Shown here: positions 17,198-26,639 of the stretch, piece after piece | Layout: every line of letters begins with the position of its first letter | Position numbering within the stretch: the stretch's first letter is position 1 | Source of the DNA: Dehalococcoidia bacterium | GTDB lineage: Bacteria > Chloroflexota > Dehalococcoidia > UBA2979 | Assembly (NCBI GenBank): GCA_965207415.1 | Contig: CBDBMD010000003.1 | Span: forward strand, 2,401,225 to 2,465,224 | DNA: 64,000 bases | Reading direction: 5' to 3' | Notes under the pieces: model-generated | Databases searched by the model: none | Told to the model about the DNA's origin: nothing | Seen by the model: only the letters and a program-made list of their open reading frames with translations | Position numbers and translations under genes: made by a program

Positions 17198-18346
17198 ATG
17201 AAGCTCGATCTGCTCTACGAGCTGTCCTGTCCGAAACCCTGGAACGAGGAGAAGGAGCGCAACGCCTACTACAACGCGCTCGAACAGATCGTGCTCGCCG
17301 ACCAGCTCGGCTTCGGCACCGTGTGGGAGGTGGAGCACCACTTCCTCTCGGAGTTCTCGCACTCCTCGGCGCCGGAGATCTTCCTCGCCTGCGTCTCGCA
17401 GCGGACCGAGCGGATCCGCATCGGGCACGGCGTGGTGCTGCTGCCCAACCCGTTCAACTACCCGATCCGCGTCGCCGAGCGGATCGCCGCCCTCGACATC
17501 ATGAGCCGCGGGCGCGTCGAGTTCGGGACGGGCCGCTCCACCTGGTACGAGCAGGCCGGCTTCAACGTCCGCCCCGACGAGACGCGCGCGATGTGGCAGG
17601 AGGCGCTGAGCATCATCCCGAAGATGTGGTCCAGCGAGCAGTTCTCGCACAAGGGCGAGCACTTCGAGATCCCCGAACGCAACGTCCTGCCCAAGCCGAT
17701 CCAGCGCCCGCACCCGCCCGTCTGGGTGGCTGGCACGCAGGACGAGTCGTTCGAGATCGCCGGCCGCCTCGGCATCGGCATGCTCGCGCTGACGATCATG
17801 GTCCCGGTCGAGGAGCTCGAGCGCCGCATCGCGATGTACCGCAAGGCCAGCGAGAACGTCGAGCCGATCACGGACGTCGTCAACGACCGCATCAACTGCC
17901 TCACGCTCGTCCACTGCGCCCGCACCACGCGCGAGGCGATCGAGAACGGCGCGCCGCAGGCGGTCGCCTGGTACCTGCGCACCGTCGCCGCCCTCTTCGC
18001 CCCGCCCGAGGGCGGCGAGATCGTCTCCGGCTTCGACTTCGCCGCGCACGGCCAGCGCAGCCTCGAGGATTCCGTCCCGCAGCTGCAGAACGAGGCGACG
18101 CGCGCCATCGACGAGTTCCACCAGGGCGAGATCGGCGTCGACGACCTCTACGACGCGCTGAACACCGACGAGATGGTGATCATCGGCGACCCGGAGCAGT
18201 GCCGGAAGAAGCTGGAGCGCTACGCCGACCTCGGCCTCAACAGCCTGATGTGCCAGGTCCAGATAGGCGACCTCTCGCACGAGGCCGTCATGCAGTCCGT
18301 CGGCCTGCTCGGCAGGGAAGTCCGACCGCTGATCGATCCGGACTGA
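17198..18346 (+). CDS. Luciferase-like (LLM) flavin/F420-dependent oxidoreductase
   Basis: 382 aa with a GGGAGG RBS. Motifs: FGTVWEVEHHF and RVEFGTGRS. Confidence 0.88.
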   Translation: MKLDLLYELSCPKPWNEEKERNAYYNALEQIVLADQLGFGTVWEVEHHFLSEFSHSSAPEIFLACVSQRTERIRIGHGVVLLPNPFNYPIRVAERIAALDIMSRGRVEFGTGRSTWYEQAGFNVRPDETRAMWQEALSIIPKMWSSEQFSHKGEHFEIPERNVLPKPIQRPHPPVWVAGTQDESFEIAGRLGIGMLALTIMVPVEELERRIAMYRKASENVEPITDVVNDRINCLTLVHCARTTREAIENGAPQAVAWYLRTVAALFAPPEGGEIVSGFDFAAHGQRSLEDSVPQLQNEATRAIDEFHQGEIGVDDLYDALNTDEMVIIGDPEQCRKKLERYADLGLNSLMCQVQIGDLSHEAVMQSVGLLGREVRPLIDPD

Positions 18347-18383
18347 GCCGCCGAGGACAGCCACGCCCGGAAGACCTCGGCGC

Positions 18384-19211
18384 TCAGTAGAGGCGCTGCG
18401 CCTCGGCCTCCAGCGCGCGCTGTTCGGCGGCGTCCATCGGCTCGTACGAGGTGGCCGTGGCTACGTTCTCCTCGATGCGCGAGGGGTAGCGCGCGCCGGG
18501 GATGGCAACCGAGACGCCGGGCTGCGAGAAGACGTAGCGCAGCAGGTTGCGCGGCGTCAGCGGGCCGGCGTAGCCCTCGGCGATGCGGCCGCGCATCACG
18601 CTCGTGCGGCCGGAGCCGCCGAGCGGGCGCATCACGATCACCCCTACGTCGTGCTCGCGCGCCAGCTCGATGAGCGGCGCGGTCTCCGTGAAGAACGCCG
18701 AGTACTCCAGCATCACCGCCGCGAACTCGTCGCTCTCGATCGCCAGCTTCAGCACCTCGAGGCTGTGCGAGGAGATCCCGATGTGCTCGACCAGCCCGCG
18801 GTACTGGGCGATTTGCAGGCCCTCGAGCGCGCCGTCCTCGCCGGTCGCCTCCTCCCACGCCTCCAGCGAGGAGATGTCGTGCAACTGGTAGAGGCTGATC
18901 CGCTCCACGCCGAGGGTGCTGAGCGAGCGGTCGATGTCGTGCTGGCTGCCGTTGATCGAGTGGCTGAACGTCTTGCTGGCGATGTGGAAGGCCGGCCGGC
19001 CGGCCTCGGCTCGCGCGCGCACCGCCTGCCCGATCATGAACTCGCTGCCCGCGTACTCCCGCGCCGTGTCGACGAAGTCGATGCCGAGGTCGAGCGCGCG
19101 CTCGAGCGTCTGCGGCCCCTCGCGCGCCGTCGGCGTGTCCATCGCGCCGAGGCCCAACTCGGTGACCATCAGCCCGGTCCGGCCCAGCCGCCGCCGCCCC
19201 AGCTCCGCCAT
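18384..19211 (-). CDS. Aldo/keto reductase
   Basis: 275 aa. Motifs: LGRTGLMVTELGLGAM and DTAREYAGSE. Confidence 0.9.
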   Translation of the reverse strand: MAELGRRRLGRTGLMVTELGLGAMDTPTAREGPQTLERALDLGIDFVDTAREYAGSEFMIGQAVRARAEAGRPAFHIASKTFSHSINGSQHDIDRSLSTLGVERISLYQLHDISSLEAWEEATGEDGALEGLQIAQYRGLVEHIGISSHSLEVLKLAIESDEFAAVMLEYSAFFTETAPLIELAREHDVGVIVMRPLGGSGRTSVMRGRIAEGYAGPLTPRNLLRYVFSQPGVSVAIPGARYPSRIEENVATATSYEPMDAAEQRALEAEAQRLY

Positions 19212-19244
19212 GCAACTCAGCCCCGCGCTGCGCGCCCGAGGCGG

Positions 19245-19631
19245 CTAGCCGCCCTCGCCGCGCAGTTGCTCGAAGTCGAAGTCCTCGGGCATGGGGACGA
19301 CGATGGAGCGCCGAGGTACCTCGACGGTGCGGGCGATGTGGCCCCGGCCGCTGGTGTCGTCGGCGAAGAAGACGTCGCCGACGCCGAAGGTGCGCTTCGA
19401 GCCGTCGGCGACCTCGATCTCGGCACTGCCGGAGACGGTGATCACCCACTGGCGGTGCGGCGCGGGGTGGTAGTCGGTCTCGAAGGCCTGCGTCGACTCG
19501 TGGAGGCTGATCTGCCCGGCGTCGAGCAGCGGCGTGCGCACGCCGCGCCCGACATCGAGGGCGAACGCGACCTCGATGTCCTCGAAGTGGGACTCCCCGT
19601 CGTCGCCGGTATAGATGCGGGTGATTCGCAT
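19245..19631 (-). CDS. Small cupin-like protein (paralog of 48150-48557)
   Basis: 128 aa starting MRITRIYTGDDGESHFEDIEV. The 48150 ORF starts nearly identically with MQVTRIYTGDDGQSHFEDIEV. Confidence 0.7.
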   Translation of the reverse strand: MRITRIYTGDDGESHFEDIEVAFALDVGRGVRTPLLDAGQISLHESTQAFETDYHPAPHRQWVITVSGSAEIEVADGSKRTFGVGDVFFADDTSGRGHIARTVEVPRRSIVVPMPEDFDFEQLRGEGG

Positions 19632-19737
19632 GAGTCGCTCCCTCGCGCGGCGGCGATGCTAGCAGGCGACCGCTGCGCCGGCCGCGCCGGAGTAAGGTAG
19701 CGGCGTGCAGCAGCGGGCGATCAGCGAGGAGGGCGCG

Positions 19738-20511
19738 ATGGGCTTCATGATGGACGGCATCCGCATGGACGGCCGCGTCGCCGTCGTGACCGGTGCGGGC
19801 AGCGGCATCGGCCGCGCAATCGCGATCGGCATGGCCGACGTCGGCGCGCGCGTCGCGATCGGCGAGATCAACCCAGAGACCGGCCAGGAGACCGCCGACA
19901 TCATCGCCGAGGCCGGCGGCGACGCACTCTCGATCCCCACCGACGTGCGCGACCCGGACTCGCTGCGCGCTCTCGTCAGCGGCGCGCGCGAGCACTTCGG
20001 ACGGCTCGACGCGATGTTCAACAACGCCGGCGGCAACTTCCAGGCGCCGACGCTCGATGTCTCCGAGCGCGGCTTCGACGCGGTCGCGCGCATGAACGTG
20101 CGCGCCGCCTTCATCGGCAGCCAGGCGGCGGCGCGCGTGATGATCGAGGACGGTCGCGGGGGCAGCATCGTCAGCACGGCGTCCAGCGCCGCCTACCACG
20201 CGACGGGGCAGGGCATCGCCGCCTACTCCGCGGCAAAGGCGGGAGTCCTCGGACTCACCCGCGAGCTGGCCGCCGAGTGGGGGACGCAGGGCATCCGCGT
20301 GAACGCGATCGCGCCCGGCGGCGTGGATAGCCCCGGCCGTCACAGGAACATCGCGCGCCGCGAGGACGACATCGCCGCGAACTACGGGCTGCTCAAGCGC
20401 CTCGGCTCGCCCGAGAACTTCGCGGCGGGGGCGATCTTCCTCGCCTCGGACCTCGCCGCGCACATCACCGGCCACACGATCCACATCGACGCCGGGACCG
20501 GCATCTCGTAG
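19738..20511 (+). CDS. Short-chain dehydrogenase/reductase (SDR)
   Basis: ATG 19738 is preceded by GAGGAGGG. Contains VAVVTGAGSGIGRAIA. Confidence 0.9.
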   Translation: MGFMMDGIRMDGRVAVVTGAGSGIGRAIAIGMADVGARVAIGEINPETGQETADIIAEAGGDALSIPTDVRDPDSLRALVSGAREHFGRLDAMFNNAGGNFQAPTLDVSERGFDAVARMNVRAAFIGSQAAARVMIEDGRGGSIVSTASSAAYHATGQGIAAYSAAKAGVLGLTRELAAEWGTQGIRVNAIAPGGVDSPGRHRNIARREDDIAANYGLLKRLGSPENFAAGAIFLASDLAAHITGHTIHIDAGTGIS

Positions 20512-20515
20512 CGGG

Positions 20516-21043
20516 CTACGCCTCCGCTTCGAGCCGTGCGAGGGCGATGCGGCGGGCGCTGTTGTCGGCGGGCTCGGCGCGCACCTCGATGCGCTCGGTC
20601 CACTTGATGCTCGTGAAGCACTCGCCGCCCGGCACGACCAGCCGCGCCGGGCCGCCGTGCTCGGCGGGCAGCGGCTCATCGTTCACCTCGAGGGCGAGCA
20701 GCGCAGTCCGCGCCTCCGCGATCGGCAGCGGGAGGCTGAAGTCATCGGCGCTGAGTTGCACCCACGCCGCCTCGGGCGGCGCGGCCGCCCGATCGAGCAG
20801 GTCGGCCACGGCGACACCGCGCCAGCGCAGGCCCGGCACCGTCCAGCCCTCGAGGCAACTGAAGTCGTCCACCATCAGCTGCTGCGGCATCGCCGCCAGG
20901 TCGCCGAGGTCGAGGTCGAGCGGCGTGTCGACGAGGCCGTCGATGCGCAGCCGCCAGGTCGCCGGGTCGGGGCCCTCGCCTGGGTGCACCGGCAGCGCGT
21001 CGAGGACGTGCTGTGCGGCGTCGGCGGTTCGCTGTTCGGTCAT
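20516..21043 (-). CDS. Molybdopterin-binding oxidoreductase domain protein (short form)
   Basis: 175 aa. Motifs: FSCLEGWTVPGLRWRGV, NDEPLPAEHGGPARLVVPG and ECFTSIKW. Confidence 0.75.
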   Translation of the reverse strand: MTEQRTADAAQHVLDALPVHPGEGPDPATWRLRIDGLVDTPLDLDLGDLAAMPQQLMVDDFSCLEGWTVPGLRWRGVAVADLLDRAAAPPEAAWVQLSADDFSLPLPIAEARTALLALEVNDEPLPAEHGGPARLVVPGGECFTSIKWTERIEVRAEPADNSARRIALARLEAEA

Positions 21044-21073
21044 CGCCGCTCCTCCGAGGTTCGGAACGTCACC

Positions 21074-22042
21074 TTAGTATCCAGCCTGCTTGTCGATCAG
21101 GCCCTCGATCGGCTCGCCGGTGCGCAGCCGCCGGAGGTTGCCGCAGAAGCGGTCGATGTTCCGAGGCGCGCGCAGCTGGCTGGCGCCGGCAGCGTGCGGG
21201 GTCATCACCACGTCGTCGCGCTGCCACAGCGGGTGGTCCTCAGGCAGCGGCTCGATCGGCACCACGTCGAGCCCGGCGCCGGCAAGCTGGCCGGAGTCGA
21301 GCGCCTCGATCAGCGCCTCGGCGTCGATGATCTCGCCGCGCGTGACGTTGACGATCATGGAGCCGCGCGGCATCCGCGCGAACGCCTCGCGGTCGAACAG
21401 ACCGTCGGTTTCCGGCGTCAGCGGGCAGCAGACCGCCACCACGTCCGAAGCCTCCAGTAGTTCGTTGAAGCGATCCATGGCCCAGACCGCCTCGACGTGG
21501 TCGTCGCCCTCGAGGGCGTCGCGGTCGACCGCGATGCTGCGCATCCCGAAGCCGGTGGCGCGCTGCGCGACCGCCCGGCCGGTGCCGCCGTAGCCGACGA
21601 TGCCCATCACCTTGCCGGTGAGCTCGGTCTCCTGCATGCGCAGCGCGCGTCGCTGGTCCCACGCCTCGGGGCCGAGCCGGATCGCCGCGGCGACCTTGCG
21701 CGTGAGGGCGAGCAGCAGCGCGAAGGCGTGGTCGGCCAGTTGCGGGCCGACCTGCCCCTTCTCGCTCGAGAGCATGACCTCGCCGTCGCGGAACGCGGGA
21801 TAGAGGTAGCGGTTCACCCCGGAGGCGATCGCGTGCACCCAGCGCAGGTTCGGCGCGGCCGCGTACAGCTGCGGCGTAACGAAGCCGAGGACCACGTCCG
21901 TCTCCGCAGCGAACTCCAGCGCCTCGCCGTCCGAGTCGACGACCGTGACTTCCGAGTCCGGCCCGGCCGCATCGAGGATCCGTTCGATGATGTCGTCCGG
22001 CACCTCGGGCAGCGCCGTGCCCGTGATGATGAGGATGTTCAT
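21074..22042 (-). CDS. D-isomer-specific 2-hydroxyacid dehydrogenase
   Basis: 322 aa with NAD fold GKVMGIVGYGGTGRAV and C-terminal PHAAG. Confidence 0.88.
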   Translation of the reverse strand: MNILIITGTALPEVPDDIIERILDAAGPDSEVTVVDSDGEALEFAAETDVVLGFVTPQLYAAAPNLRWVHAIASGVNRYLYPAFRDGEVMLSSEKGQVGPQLADHAFALLLALTRKVAAAIRLGPEAWDQRRALRMQETELTGKVMGIVGYGGTGRAVAQRATGFGMRSIAVDRDALEGDDHVEAVWAMDRFNELLEASDVVAVCCPLTPETDGLFDREAFARMPRGSMIVNVTRGEIIDAEALIEALDSGQLAGAGLDVVPIEPLPEDHPLWQRDDVVMTPHAAGASQLRAPRNIDRFCGNLRRLRTGEPIEGLIDKQAGY

Positions 22043-22101
22043 GGTCCGCCCCCAATCGGCAGGGCGGAGCCTACTCCCATCGAGGGCGGCGTGGCGCGGC
22101 C

Positions 22102-23184
22102 TCAGTCGAAGAGCAGGATCGTGCGGGCTCCGACGTGGGCGCGCTGGTCCTCGAAGGCCTGGTCCAGGTCCTCCAGCCGTCCGCGCCGGGTCACCAGCTC
22201 GTCGAGCTTGAGCTGGCCCTGGCGGTAGAGTTCGAGGTAGCGCGGGATGTCGACGCGCGCGCGGGTCCGGCCCATGAACACGCCCTGGATCCGGCGGTCC
22301 TGGATGAGCAGGTTGGGTGGCAACTCCAGCGGCGCGGTGATGCCCGCGCCGATGATCGAGGCGGTGCCGCCCGCGCGGGTGCAGGCGAAGGCCTGCTCCG
22401 CCGTCGCCTTCAGCCCGATCGCCTCGAACGAGTAGTGCACGCCGCGCCCCTCGGTCAGGTCGCGAATCGCCTCGACGGGATCGTCAACCTCGGAGGCGTT
22501 CACCGTGTCAGTCGCGCCGAGCAGCCGCGCGCGCTCCAGCTTCTCCTCTGTGAGGTCGACGGCGATGATGCGACTCGCGCCGGCGATGCGTGCGCCCTGC
22601 ACCGCCGAGAGTCCGACGCCGCCGAGGCCGAAGACGGCCGCCGTCGTCCCCGGCTTCAGCTCGGCGGAGCGGAAGACGGCGCCGAGCCCGGTGATCACCC
22701 CGCAGCTGACGAGGCAGGCCGTATCGAGCGGGACGTCGTCCGGCAGCTTCACCACCCCGGCGTCCGGCGCGAGCATGTACTCGGCGAAGCTGCCGACGTT
22801 CGTGAGCGCCAGCACGCCCTCGCCGTTGAGGGTGATGCGAGGACGCTCGTGCCGACGCCGCCGCGGACGGTCGAGACAGCGATGCGGGTTGTCGCTCAGG
22901 CACTCCTCGCACTGGCCGCAGAAGACGACGCCCGTGACGATCACGCGGTCGCCCGGCTGCACGTAGGTCACGTCCGACCCGACCGCCTCGACGACGCCCG
23001 AGCCCTCGTGGCCGAGGATGCCCGGCGTCGGCCACTGGCCGATGCCGTCGACGAACATGAGGTCGCTGTGGCAGACGCCGCTGGCGGCGGTGCGGACCAG
23101 CACCTCACGCGGCCACGGGTCGTCGACCTCGACCTCCTCGATCGGCATCGGCTGGTTGGCGCCGTAGTAGATCGCGGCCCTCAT
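22102..23184 (-). CDS. Zn-dependent alcohol dehydrogenase
   Basis: 360 aa. Motifs: GVCHSDL, GHEGSGVV, structural-Zn loop CGQCEEC, and GLGGVGLSAV. Confidence 0.88.
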   Translation of the reverse strand: MRAAIYYGANQPMPIEEVEVDDPWPREVLVRTAASGVCHSDLMFVDGIGQWPTPGILGHEGSGVVEAVGSDVTYVQPGDRVIVTGVVFCGQCEECLSDNPHRCLDRPRRRRHERPRITLNGEGVLALTNVGSFAEYMLAPDAGVVKLPDDVPLDTACLVSCGVITGLGAVFRSAELKPGTTAAVFGLGGVGLSAVQGARIAGASRIIAVDLTEEKLERARLLGATDTVNASEVDDPVEAIRDLTEGRGVHYSFEAIGLKATAEQAFACTRAGGTASIIGAGITAPLELPPNLLIQDRRIQGVFMGRTRARVDIPRYLELYRQGQLKLDELVTRRGRLEDLDQAFEDQRAHVGARTILLFD

Positions 23185-23251
23185 GGCTGACTCCCCTCAG
23201 CGCCGGGTTTCGCGCAGCATAGCCGTCGAGGCGAGGTTGAAGCTCGATGTA

Positions 23252-23274
23252 ATCACATGCGTGGCACATGTGAT
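23252..23274. promoter_or_regulatory. Perfect 8-bp inverted repeat upstream of vapB (candidate antitoxin operator)
   Basis: ATCACATG-N7-CATGTGAT at 23252-23274, ending 12 nt before the antitoxin ATG. Confidence 0.4.
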
Positions 23275-23286
23275 ACGCTCACACAC

Positions 23287-23517
23287 ATGTCGAAGATGAT
23301 TCAAATTCGGAACGTTCCCGACGAACTTCACCGCGAGGCGAAGGTGCGTGCCGCGCGTGCCGGGATGAGCCTCTCCGGCTACCTCCTGCGCGAACTGGAG
23401 CGGACCCTTGCGCAGCCGACGACGGAAGAACTGCTGGCGCGGATTGCCGCGCGGAAGCAGCCTCGGTTGTCCGAGACGTCGGCCGAGGCGGTGCGGGCGA
23501 TACGCGACGAGCGGTGA
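23287..23517 (+). CDS. vapB: Ribbon-helix-helix antitoxin (FitA/VapB-like)
   Basis: MSKMIQIRNVPDELHREAKVRAARAGMSLSGYLL. The stop overlaps the following PIN ORF by 4 nt. Confidence 0.75.
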   Translation: MSKMIQIRNVPDELHREAKVRAARAGMSLSGYLLRELERTLAQPTTEELLARIAARKQPRLSETSAEAVRAIRDER

Positions 23518-23931
23518 TCGTCGCCGACGCCTCGGTCATTGTGGACGTGCTGCTCTATCCCGACAGCGCTGCAGCACACTCGCTTGCCCGGCGATTCGCC
23601 CGCCGGGAGGCGATCTGTGCTCCTCACCTCATGGATGTCGAGGTTGGCCAGACCTTGCGCCGCTTCACGTTGAGGGGCGAAATCTCTGCCTGTCCGAGCC
23701 GTGGAATCCTTCGATGACCTGGCAGGACTGTCGATTCGCCGCTACGCACACACGGAACTCTTGCCCAGGGCCTTCGAGCTGCGATCGAACGTAACCGTGT
23801 ACGACGGCATCTACCTGGCGCTCGCCGAGATCCTCAATGTGCCGCTGCTCTCATGCGACGCCGCCCTGGCGGACGTGCCCGGCTGCGCCGCCACGGTCGA
23901 GATCCTCCCGGTCGGCGTCGCGACGGACTGA
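23514..23931 (+). pseudogene. vapC: PIN-domain toxin VapC, split by a frameshift
   Basis: 23514-23717 encodes the PIN N-terminal half (MIVADASVIVDVLL...HLMDVEV) and then stops. Another frame, 23701-23931, continues with the C-terminal half (YDGIYLALAEILNVPLLSCD). The frame break lies near 23685-23700. Confidence 0.7.
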
Positions 23932-23965
23932 ACGACACGACAGCGGGGCAGCTCCTCGCCAAGGT

Positions 23966-25105
23966 CTACGCGCCCGCCTCGATGCTGCGGTAGGCGGCCT
24001 CGCTGAGGCTACTGGCGCGCACGTCGCCCGGTCCGCGGATGCGGTTCATCACGTAGGCGAAGCCAAGCCCCGAGCCCGGGTCGGCGAAGGCCTGCGAGCC
24101 GCCGACGCCGGAGTGCCCGAAGGCCGTCTCCGGGCGCGGGTCGCCCAGCGCCGGCGAGGGCAGCTGGAAGCCGAGGGCGTAGCGGTTCTCGACGCCGATC
24201 GTCGCGTCCGTCCCCTCGCTCTGGAGCACGCGCGCCGCCTCGATCGCCTCGCTGCTGAGCAGGCGCACGCCGTCCAGCTCGCCGCCACCGGCGAGCGCGC
24301 CGTAGAAGCGGGCGAGCCCGCGAGCGTCGCTGTGTGCGTTACCGGCGGGGATCTCCCCTTCGCGCCACTCGGTCGTGTTCGCGGTCTCGAATGTCCACGG
24401 CGGGTTGTTGTGCGCCATCGCGATGATCGAGGTCACGTCCGGCTCCGGCAGCGGGCTGCGGCTGGGCGGGACGACGTCCGCAACGCGTGCCTGCTCGGAG
24501 GCGGAGAGCCCGATGTGGAAGTCGATGCCGAGCGGTTCCGCGATCTCCTCGCGGATGAAGGCGCCCACCCGGCGGCCGCTCACGCGGCGCACGATCTCGC
24601 CGATGATCCAGCCGTAGGTCCAGACGTGGTAGCCGTGTCGCGTGCCCGGCTCCCACCACGGCTCCGCCTCGGCGAGCGCCGTGGTCATCGTCTCCCAGTC
24701 GTACTTCGCCTCCTCGGGCAGCAGCCGCCGGGCGCCGACCACGCCGGAGCGGTGCCCCAGCACGTGGCGCACCGTGACGCCCTCCTTGCCGCCCTGCGCA
24801 AACTCCGGCCAGTAGCCGGCCACGGGCGCCTCGATGTCCACGAGCCCGCGGTCGGCGAGCATGTGCAGGGCAAGCGAGAGCACGCCCTTCCCGGTCGAGT
24901 AGAGGTTGACGATCGTGTCGCGCTCCCAGGCGCGCGTCCCGGCGGCGTCGGCACTGCCCGCCCAGAGATCGACGACCGGCTCGCCGTCGATCGTGACGGC
25001 GACGGCAGCGCCGATGTCGCCACGCTCGCTGAAGTTCTCCTCGAACGCCTCGCGCACGCCCGCGAAGCGCGAATCGCACTCGCCGTGGATCTCGAGCTCG
25101 GACAT
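23966..25105 (-). CDS. Serine hydrolase, beta-lactamase/esterase (class C-like) family
   Basis: ATG 25105, 379 aa. STGK (SxxK) motif in NLYSTGKGVLSLAL. In frame within the artefactual 23966-26197 ORF. Confidence 0.88.
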   Translation of the reverse strand: MSELEIHGECDSRFAGVREAFEENFSERGDIGAAVAVTIDGEPVVDLWAGSADAAGTRAWERDTIVNLYSTGKGVLSLALHMLADRGLVDIEAPVAGYWPEFAQGGKEGVTVRHVLGHRSGVVGARRLLPEEAKYDWETMTTALAEAEPWWEPGTRHGYHVWTYGWIIGEIVRRVSGRRVGAFIREEIAEPLGIDFHIGLSASEQARVADVVPPSRSPLPEPDVTSIIAMAHNNPPWTFETANTTEWREGEIPAGNAHSDARGLARFYGALAGGGELDGVRLLSSEAIEAARVLQSEGTDATIGVENRYALGFQLPSPALGDPRPETAFGHSGVGGSQAFADPGSGLGFAYVMNRIRGPGDVRASSLSEAAYRSIEAGA

Positions 25106-25246
25106 ACGCTGCCTCCCGACACGCCGGCGCAGCGTACGACAGCCCGCGCGAGGGTGCGCGCGGCCTTCGGGGGCGCGGCGGCATCCGCTACAGTGCCAGC
25201 AACAAGCGCCGCCGAGGCGCGATCTCGGCCAGAAGGGACCAGCGAG

Positions 25247-25978
25247 GTGCATGAGACGCTGAGCATCGAGCGCGAGGGCCGGGTCGCCACGCTGACCGTC
25301 ACCCGGCCGCCCGTGAACGCGCTCGGCCTCGACATGCTCGAGTCGATGGCCGAGGAGCTGCACCGCCTTGGCGACGACCCGGAGATCAGCGCGATCGTCT
25401 GGCGCAGCGGCGTGCCCGGCATCTTTAGCGGCGGCTTCGACCTCAACGACCCGCGCAGCGCCAGTGCTACGCCGATCCACACTCCACCCGGCGACCACCT
25501 GGTGCGCGTGCGCAACGCGCAGACCGCGCTGCTCGACGTGCCGGTGCCGATCATCGTCGCGATCAACGGCGCGGCGGTCGGCCTCGGGATGCTGATGCCG
25601 GCGCTCTGCGACATCGTGATCGCCGGAAGGAGCGCGCGCTTCGGGCTGCCCGAGATTCAGATCAACTCGATCGGCGGGGCCGGCCACGCGCGCCGCATCC
25701 TGCCGGAGCCGGTGCTGCGCTACCTGATGCTGACCGGCCGCCGCGTCACGCCCGAGTACCTCCAGCAGTGCGGCGCGATCGCGCTCGTCGTCGAGGACGA
25801 CCAGCTCGACGCCGAGGCGCAGGCGATCGCCTCCGAGATCGCCTCCTACGACCCCGTCGTCGTGCGCAACTCCAAGATCTCCCTCGAGGCGCTGCGCAAG
25901 ATCGACGACGTGGCGCTGGCCTACTCGCTCGAGCACAAGTGGGGCGCCGCGCTCCGCTGGTCGCGCCAGCAGGGCTAG
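25247..25978 (+). CDS. Enoyl-CoA hydratase/isomerase family protein
   Basis: GTG 25247, 243 aa, starting VHETLSIEREGRVATLTVTRPPVNAL and containing VAINGAAVGLGMLMPALCDIVIA. Confidence 0.85.
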   Translation: MHETLSIEREGRVATLTVTRPPVNALGLDMLESMAEELHRLGDDPEISAIVWRSGVPGIFSGGFDLNDPRSASATPIHTPPGDHLVRVRNAQTALLDVPVPIIVAINGAAVGLGMLMPALCDIVIAGRSARFGLPEIQINSIGGAGHARRILPEPVLRYLMLTGRRVTPEYLQQCGAIALVVEDDQLDAEAQAIASEIASYDPVVVRNSKISLEALRKIDDVALAYSLEHKWGAALRWSRQQG

Positions 25979-25980
25979 GG

Positions 25981-25998
25981 CGGCGCGCCGATGCCGCC
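25981..25998. repeat. Left copy of 18-bp perfect direct repeat flanking the Uma2 gene
   Basis: cggcgcgccgatgccgcc, identical to 26623-26640. It lies within a 7-bp-stem hairpin at 25978-25999. Confidence 0.8.
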
Positions 25999-26058
25999 CG
26001 GCACGCACGGGCCGCAATCGAAGCCGTGTAACATGATTGCGCACGGGAGCGAGCCGGG

Positions 26059-26616
26059 ATGACGACCACAGAGGCGAAGCTGCTGACCGCCGAGGATCTG
26101 CTGCGACTCGACAGCCGCGGCGTGCGCGGCGAACTGATCCGGGGGGTGCTCTGCGAAACCATGCCGACAGGACATGAGCACGGCAAGATCGTCGCAAACC
26201 TCGTGATTGCGTTGGGCGCCTTCGCGAAGCCCCGGCGATTGGGAACGTTGGTCGCCTCGGACTCGGGCGTCCTGCTTGAGCGTGATCCCGACACCGTGCG
26301 CGAGCCGGACATCGCGTTCACGTCGGTGGAGAAGATCCCGCTCGACGCGCAGATCGTGGGCTACGCCGAGGCCGTGCCCGACTTGGTCGTCGAGGTGCGG
26401 TCCCCAAGCGACAGCCGCCGCGAGGTCCACGACAAGGCGCGGATGTGGCTGAGCCACGGCGTGCGCATCGCCTGGGTCGTGCATCCGGACACGCGCACGG
26501 TGGACGTGCACCTGCCCGACCATCCCGCCGCCACCCTCGGCGCGAACGACAGCCTCGACGGCGCCGACGTGCTGCCCGGCTTCGCCCACCCCGTGAGCGC
26601 CATCTTCGAGGCGTAG
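26059..26616 (+). CDS. Uma2-family (DUF820) PD-(D/E)xK endonuclease
   Basis: 185 aa. Motifs: GELIRGVL, HEHGKIVANL and EPDIAFT...PDLVVEVRSPSD. Confidence 0.85.
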   Translation: MTTTEAKLLTAEDLLRLDSRGVRGELIRGVLCETMPTGHEHGKIVANLVIALGAFAKPRRLGTLVASDSGVLLERDPDTVREPDIAFTSVEKIPLDAQIVGYAEAVPDLVVEVRSPSDSRREVHDKARMWLSHGVRIAWVVHPDTRTVDVHLPDHPAATLGANDSLDGADVLPGFAHPVSAIFEA

Positions 26617-26639
26617 CGGCATCGGCGCGCCGATGCCGC
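26616..26639. promoter_or_regulatory. 24-bp perfect palindrome spanning the Uma2 stop and the CoA-transferase start codon; contains the right copy of the 18-bp repeat
   Basis: gcggcatcggcgcgccgatgccgc is its own reverse complement. The ATG of the 26633 CDS lies inside the right arm. Confidence 0.6.

Noticed and set aside
18350-18381. Stem gccgagg / cctcggc between the convergent LLM and AKR genes as a bidirectional terminator.
   Set aside because: The 7-bp stem has an 18-nt loop and no U-tract. It is too weak to call as a feature.
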